This document shows, one piece after another, positions 60,531 through 64,000 of a stretch of DNA of 64,000 nucleotides. The notes below the pieces were generated by a model. The model ran no database searches. It saw nothing but the letters and a program-made list of their open reading frames with translations, and was not told the DNA's origin. Made by a program: the position numbers and the translations under genes. Source of the DNA: an uncultured Gemmatimonadales bacterium (GTDB lineage Bacteria > Gemmatimonadota > Gemmatimonadetes > Gemmatimonadales > GWC2-71-9); the NCBI GenBank assembly GCA_963804125.1, contig CAWDPF010000012.1, positions 101,556-165,555 on the forward strand, read 5' to 3'. Position 1 is the stretch's first letter, and every line of letters begins with the position of its first letter.

Positions 60531-61081
60531 GCACCATTCCCGAACTCACGAAGCACGCCCGCGAGCTGATGCACAAGGCGGTCGAGAGCACCAAGCGCGA
60601 GTTCAGCGGGATCCGGAGCGGCAAGGCGAGCACCGCGCTGCTCGACACCGTCCGCGTCGACGCGTACGGCAACTCCATGGCACTCAACCAGGTCGCCATG
60701 GTGGCCGCGCCCGAGGCCCGGATGCTCACCGTTCAGCCGTTCGACAAGGGGCTGACCCAGGCCATCGAGAAGGCCATCCGCGACGCCGGCCTCGGCCTCA
60801 ATCCGGCCACCCAGGGCAACCTGATCCGCGTGCCGCTGCCGGCGCTGAGCGAGGAGCGCCGCAAGGAGCTGGTGAAGGTGGTCCACAAGCTGGCCGAGGA
60901 GGGCCGCGTCGCGGTCCGCCACGCGCGCACCGAGACGATGTCGAAGATCAAGAAGCTCGAGAAGGTGCCCGAGGACGACAAGACGCGGGCCGAGAAGGAA
61001 GTCCAGAAGATCACCGACGAGCACATCAAGCAGATCGACGGCCTGATCCACGCCAAGGAAGCCGAGATCATGGAAGTCTGA
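60527..61081 (+). CDS. frr: ribosome recycling factor
   Basis: Track ORF 60527-61081. The sequence reads ..[45 protein letters not shown]. Confidence 0.95.
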   Translation: MSTIPELTKHARELMHKAVESTKREFSGIRSGKASTALLDTVRVDAYGNSMALNQVAMVAAPEARMLTVQPFDKGLTQAIEKAIRDAGLGLNPATQGNLIRVPLPALSEERRKELVKVVHKLAEEGRVAVRHARTETMSKIKKLEKVPEDDKTRAEKEVQKITDEHIKQIDGLIHAKEAEIMEV

Positions 61082-61085
61082 CGGG

Positions 61086-61826
61086 ATGAGCGACGATCTC
61101 CTCCAGCGGCTGAAGGTCCACGGGTCGGTGCCCGCCCACATCGCGATCATCATGGACGGCAACGGCCGGTGGGCCAAGGGCCGGGCGCTGCCGCGCCCGC
61201 TCGGCCACCACGCCGGCATGCGCGCCGTCCGCGAGGTGATCCAGGGCTGCCTCGACGCGAACGTAGGCGTGCTGAGCCTGTTCGCCTTCAGCCAGGAGAA
61301 CTGGCAGCGGCCGGCGGTCGAGATCGACGCCCTCATGAGCCTGCTCGAGGAGTACATCGCGCGCGAGGTCGACAACCTGCGGTCCAAGCGGGTCTCGGTG
61401 CGCATCCTGGGCGATCTCGAGCGGCTCGCGCCGGGCGCCCGCCAGGCGGTGGACCGGATCATGGCGGAGACCGCCGGCGGCGAGGATCTCGCGCTCAACC
61501 TCTGCATCTCCTACAGCTCGCGCGCGGAGATCACGCGCGCCGCGCGGCAGCTCGCCGAGGAAGTGGCCGCCGGCCGGCTCGATCCGGCCGACATCGACGA
61601 GGACGCGCTGGCGCGCCGGCTCTACACCGCGCCCTGGCCCGACCCCGATCTCCTGATCCGCACGTCCGGCGAGATGCGGATCTCGAACTTCCTGCTGTGG
61701 CAGCTGGCCTACGCCGAGCTCTACGTCACGCCCGTCCTCTGGCCGGACTTCACCCGACGCCACCTGTTCGAGGCCATCCTGGAGTTTCAGCGGCGCGATC
61801 GCCGGTTCGGCCGCGTCTCGGTCTGA
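61086..61826 (+). CDS. uppS: isoprenyl transferase (undecaprenyl diphosphate synthase)
   Basis: Track ORF 61086-61826. The sequence reads ..HIAIIMDGNGRWA..GH..FAFSQENWQRP..IRTSGEMRISNFLLWQLAYAELY. Confidence 0.95.
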   Translation: MSDDLLQRLKVHGSVPAHIAIIMDGNGRWAKGRALPRPLGHHAGMRAVREVIQGCLDANVGVLSLFAFSQENWQRPAVEIDALMSLLEEYIAREVDNLRSKRVSVRILGDLERLAPGARQAVDRIMAETAGGEDLALNLCISYSSRAEITRAARQLAEEVAAGRLDPADIDEDALARRLYTAPWPDPDLLIRTSGEMRISNFLLWQLAYAELYVTPVLWPDFTRRHLFEAILEFQRRDRRFGRVSV

Positions 61827-62692
61827 TGGACGCCAATCTGGTCCGCCGCGTCGGGTTCGCCGCCGTCGCGATCCCGCTGGCCCTGCTGCTCGTCTGGTAC
61901 GGGGGCCTGCCGCTGGTCCTGCTGCTCGTCGCGGCCGCCACGCTCGCCACCCGGGAGCTGTTCGATCTCGCCGAGCGGCAGCAGATCCGTCCCGCCCGGG
62001 TGCTGGGGCTCGTGAGCGCCGCCGCCATCTCGCCGATCGCCTACGCGGCGATCGCGTCGCCGGAGACCCGCGCCGTGGTCGACGTGGCCTGGCCCTACGC
62101 GGCGGCGATCTGGCTGATCGCCATCCTCACGTGGGCCCTGCTGACGCGCGCGCCGACCGACCGGCCGCTCGCCGCGGTCGGCGTGACGGTGCTGGCCGTG
62201 GCCTACGCGGGGGCGCTGCCGGCGTTTCTCCTCGACATGCGCCACCACGGCCACGGGCTCCGGAGCTGGGCCGGGGCGTGGCTGGTGTTCTTTCCGCTGG
62301 TGGTGACCTGGGTGTGCGACACGGCGGCGATGTTCGGAGGACGGGCCTTCGGCGGCGCCAAGCTCGCGCCGACGGTGAGCCCGGGGAAGACGCGGTCGGG
62401 AAGCCTGGCCGGCGTCGTCGGGAGCCTCGCCGTGGCGCCGGTGTTCGCCGCCGCCGTCTTTCCGCGCGTCGGAGTGGACGTCCCGCTCTGGCAACTGCTC
62501 GTGGTCGCGGCGGTGCTCGGCGTGATCGGGCAGATCGGCGATCTCGCGGAGTCGCTCTTCAAGCGCGAGGCCGGCGTCAAGGACTCGAGCCAGCTCATTC
62601 CGGGACACGGGGGCGTGCTCGACCGGCTCGATTCGCTCTACTTCGTCATCCCCGCGGCGGCCGCGATGTACCGGGCGTTCGGCATCGTCTGA
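61826..62692 (+). CDS. cdsA: phosphatidate cytidylyltransferase
   Basis: ATG 61826 overlaps the uppS stop. The signature is ..SPGKTRSGSLAGV..GDLAESLFKREAGVKDSSQLIPGHGGVLDRLDS. Confidence 0.9.
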   Translation: MDANLVRRVGFAAVAIPLALLLVWYGGLPLVLLLVAAATLATRELFDLAERQQIRPARVLGLVSAAAISPIAYAAIASPETRAVVDVAWPYAAAIWLIAILTWALLTRAPTDRPLAAVGVTVLAVAYAGALPAFLLDMRHHGHGLRSWAGAWLVFFPLVVTWVCDTAAMFGGRAFGGAKLAPTVSPGKTRSGSLAGVVGSLAVAPVFAAAVFPRVGVDVPLWQLLVVAAVLGVIGQIGDLAESLFKREAGVKDSSQLIPGHGGVLDRLDSLYFVIPAAAAMYRAFGIV

Positions 62693-63822
62693 TGGGCGCG
62701 ACCAAGGGCGTCGCCGTGCTGGGCTCCACCGGCTCGATCGGACGGAGCACGCTCGCCGTCCTGGCGCGCCAGCGCGAGCACTTCCGGGTCGTGGCCCTGA
62801 CCGGCGGCCGGAACGCCGACGCGCTCGAGGCGCAGGTGGCCGAGTGGCGGCCCGCATTCGCGGGCCTGGCCGCGGGCAGCAACGGCGCCGGGCACCCGAG
62901 CGGACCCGATGTGCTGGTCCAGGCCGCGACGCATCCCGACGTGGACGTCGTGGTCAACGCCGTGGTCGGCGCGGCCGGGCTCGACGCGACGCTGGCGGCG
63001 CTCCGCGCCGGCAAGCGGGTGGCGCTCGCCAACAAGGAAACGCTGGTCATGGCCGGCGAGCTGGTGGCGCAGGCGGCCTGCGCCGGCGGCGGCGAGCTCA
63101 TCCCGATCGATTCCGAGCACAGCGCGGTGCTCCAGTGCGTGAGCGGCCGCGACGCCGGGCTCGGTCGCCTGATCCTCACCTGCTCGGGCGGCCCGTTCCG
63201 CGAGTGGCCCGCCGAACGGGTGTGGCAGGCGACGGTGGAGGAGGCGCTCCGGCATCCGACCTGGCGGATGGGAAGCAAGATCACCGTCGACAGCGCCACG
63301 CTGGCCAACAAGGCGCTCGAGCTGATCGAGGCGCACCACCTCTTCGGCCTGTCGTACGACGCGCTGGAGGTGGTGGTCCACCCGCAGAGCATCGTGCACG
63401 CGTTCGTCGAGTTCTGCGACGGGAGCGTCATCGCCCAGGTCGGCTTCCCGTCGATGGAGCTGCCGATTCTCTACGCGCTGACGCACCCGGCACGACTGCC
63501 CGACGCGGGCGTGCGCCGCTTCGATCCGGTGGCGGCGGGACCGCTCACCTTCGAGCCGGTGCGGGCGGACGTGTTCCGCGCGCTCGGCGCGGGCGTGGCG
63601 GCCGGGCGCGCGGGCGGGATCTCGCCGGCGGTGTTCAACGCCGCCAACGAGGTCGCCGTGGCGGCCTTCCTCGAGGGGCAGGTGCCGTTCGGCCGCATCA
63701 GCGAGATCATCGAGCGGACGCTCGACGATCACGCGCCGGCCCCCGCCACGGCCCTCCCGGCCGTGCGCGACGCCGATCGATGGGCGCGCGCGCGCGCGCG
63801 CGACTACGTACGCCGTTCATGA
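62692..63822 (+). CDS. dxr: 1-deoxy-D-xylulose 5-phosphate reductoisomerase
   Basis: ATG 62692 overlaps the cdsA stop. The sequence reads ..VLGSTGSIGRSTL..ALANKETLV..PIDSEHSA..SGGPFR..HPTWRMGSKITVDSATL.NK.LE.IEA..L. Confidence 0.95.
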   Translation: MGATKGVAVLGSTGSIGRSTLAVLARQREHFRVVALTGGRNADALEAQVAEWRPAFAGLAAGSNGAGHPSGPDVLVQAATHPDVDVVVNAVVGAAGLDATLAALRAGKRVALANKETLVMAGELVAQAACAGGGELIPIDSEHSAVLQCVSGRDAGLGRLILTCSGGPFREWPAERVWQATVEEALRHPTWRMGSKITVDSATLANKALELIEAHHLFGLSYDALEVVVHPQSIVHAFVEFCDGSVIAQVGFPSMELPILYALTHPARLPDAGVRRFDPVAAGPLTFEPVRADVFRALGAGVAAGRAGGISPAVFNAANEVAVAAFLEGQVPFGRISEIIERTLDDHAPAPATALPAVRDADRWARARARDYVRRS

Positions 63823-63829
63823 GGTCATC

Positions 63830-64000
63830 GTGCTGACGACCGTGCTGGCTCTGATCGTGGTCCTGGGGGTGCTGGTCTTCGTGCACGAGGCCGGCCACTT
63901 CATCGCGGCCAAGTGGGCCGGGATCTACGTCCACCGCTTCTCGCTGGGGCTGGGCTCGCCGATCAAATGGCTCACCTTCCGCCGCGGCGAGACCGAATAC
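63830..64000 (+). CDS. rseP: RIP metalloprotease RseP (M50 family), N-terminal fragment; continues beyond the window
   Basis: GTG 63830. VLTTVLALIVVLGVLVFVHEAGHFIAAKWAGIYVHRFSLGLGSP.. contains the HExxH motif in TM1, and the frame is open to the window end. Confidence 0.8.
   Translation, partial: MLTTVLALIVVLGVLVFVHEAGHFIAAKWAGIYVHRFSLGLGSPIKWLTFRRGETEY

Overview
This is a very GC-rich bacterial chromosomal segment. Its gene content, for example an ADOP-type duplicated MacB-like permease and many DinB, GNAT, VOC and cupin genes, suggests a soil Gemmatimonadota- or Acidobacteriota-like organism; that placement is inference only. I recognised no rRNA, tRNA, CRISPR array, transposase, integrase or phage genes.

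Layout:
- 1-17 kb: an almost unidirectional run of about 30 small stress, detoxification and unknown-function genes. It includes a ClpP-like protease next to a small membrane protein and a PilZ protein, plus LOG, YaiI and YbjQ.
- 17-37 kb: transporters, lipoproteins, hydrolases and more DinB, GNAT and cupin genes.
- 37-41 kb: glgX and PPK2.
- 40.5-42.2 kb, minus strand: a small module of response regulator, membrane protein and prepilin-like protein.
- 42.4-64 kb: core housekeeping genes. These are tyrA-aroA-cmk-rpsA, an acyl-CoA carboxylase set (pccB, accC, BCCP), rplM-rpsI, and rpsB-tsf-pyrH-frr-uppS-cdsA-dxr-rseP.

Main observations:
1. I count about 22 single-base frame breaks in about 16 otherwise perfectly conserved genes, including aroA, cmk and rpsB. 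These are most likely assembly or sequencing indels. Those genes are reported here as frame-disrupted spans.
2. A 66-nt palindromic repeat family has two copies carrying compensatory arm substitutions. Both copies sit directly downstream of frame-broken gene ends.
3. An orphan ClpP-like gene has Asn in place of the catalytic Asp and a divergent N-terminus, and appears to share an operon with a PilZ c-di-GMP receptor.
4. A DivK-like response regulator sits upstream of a membrane protein with a pseudopilin-like ectodomain and an orphan prepilin-type protein.

I did not find a clear-cut novel defence or mobile system. The candidates above are modest and need searches to confirm. All family assignments come from motif recognition by eye, not from database searches.
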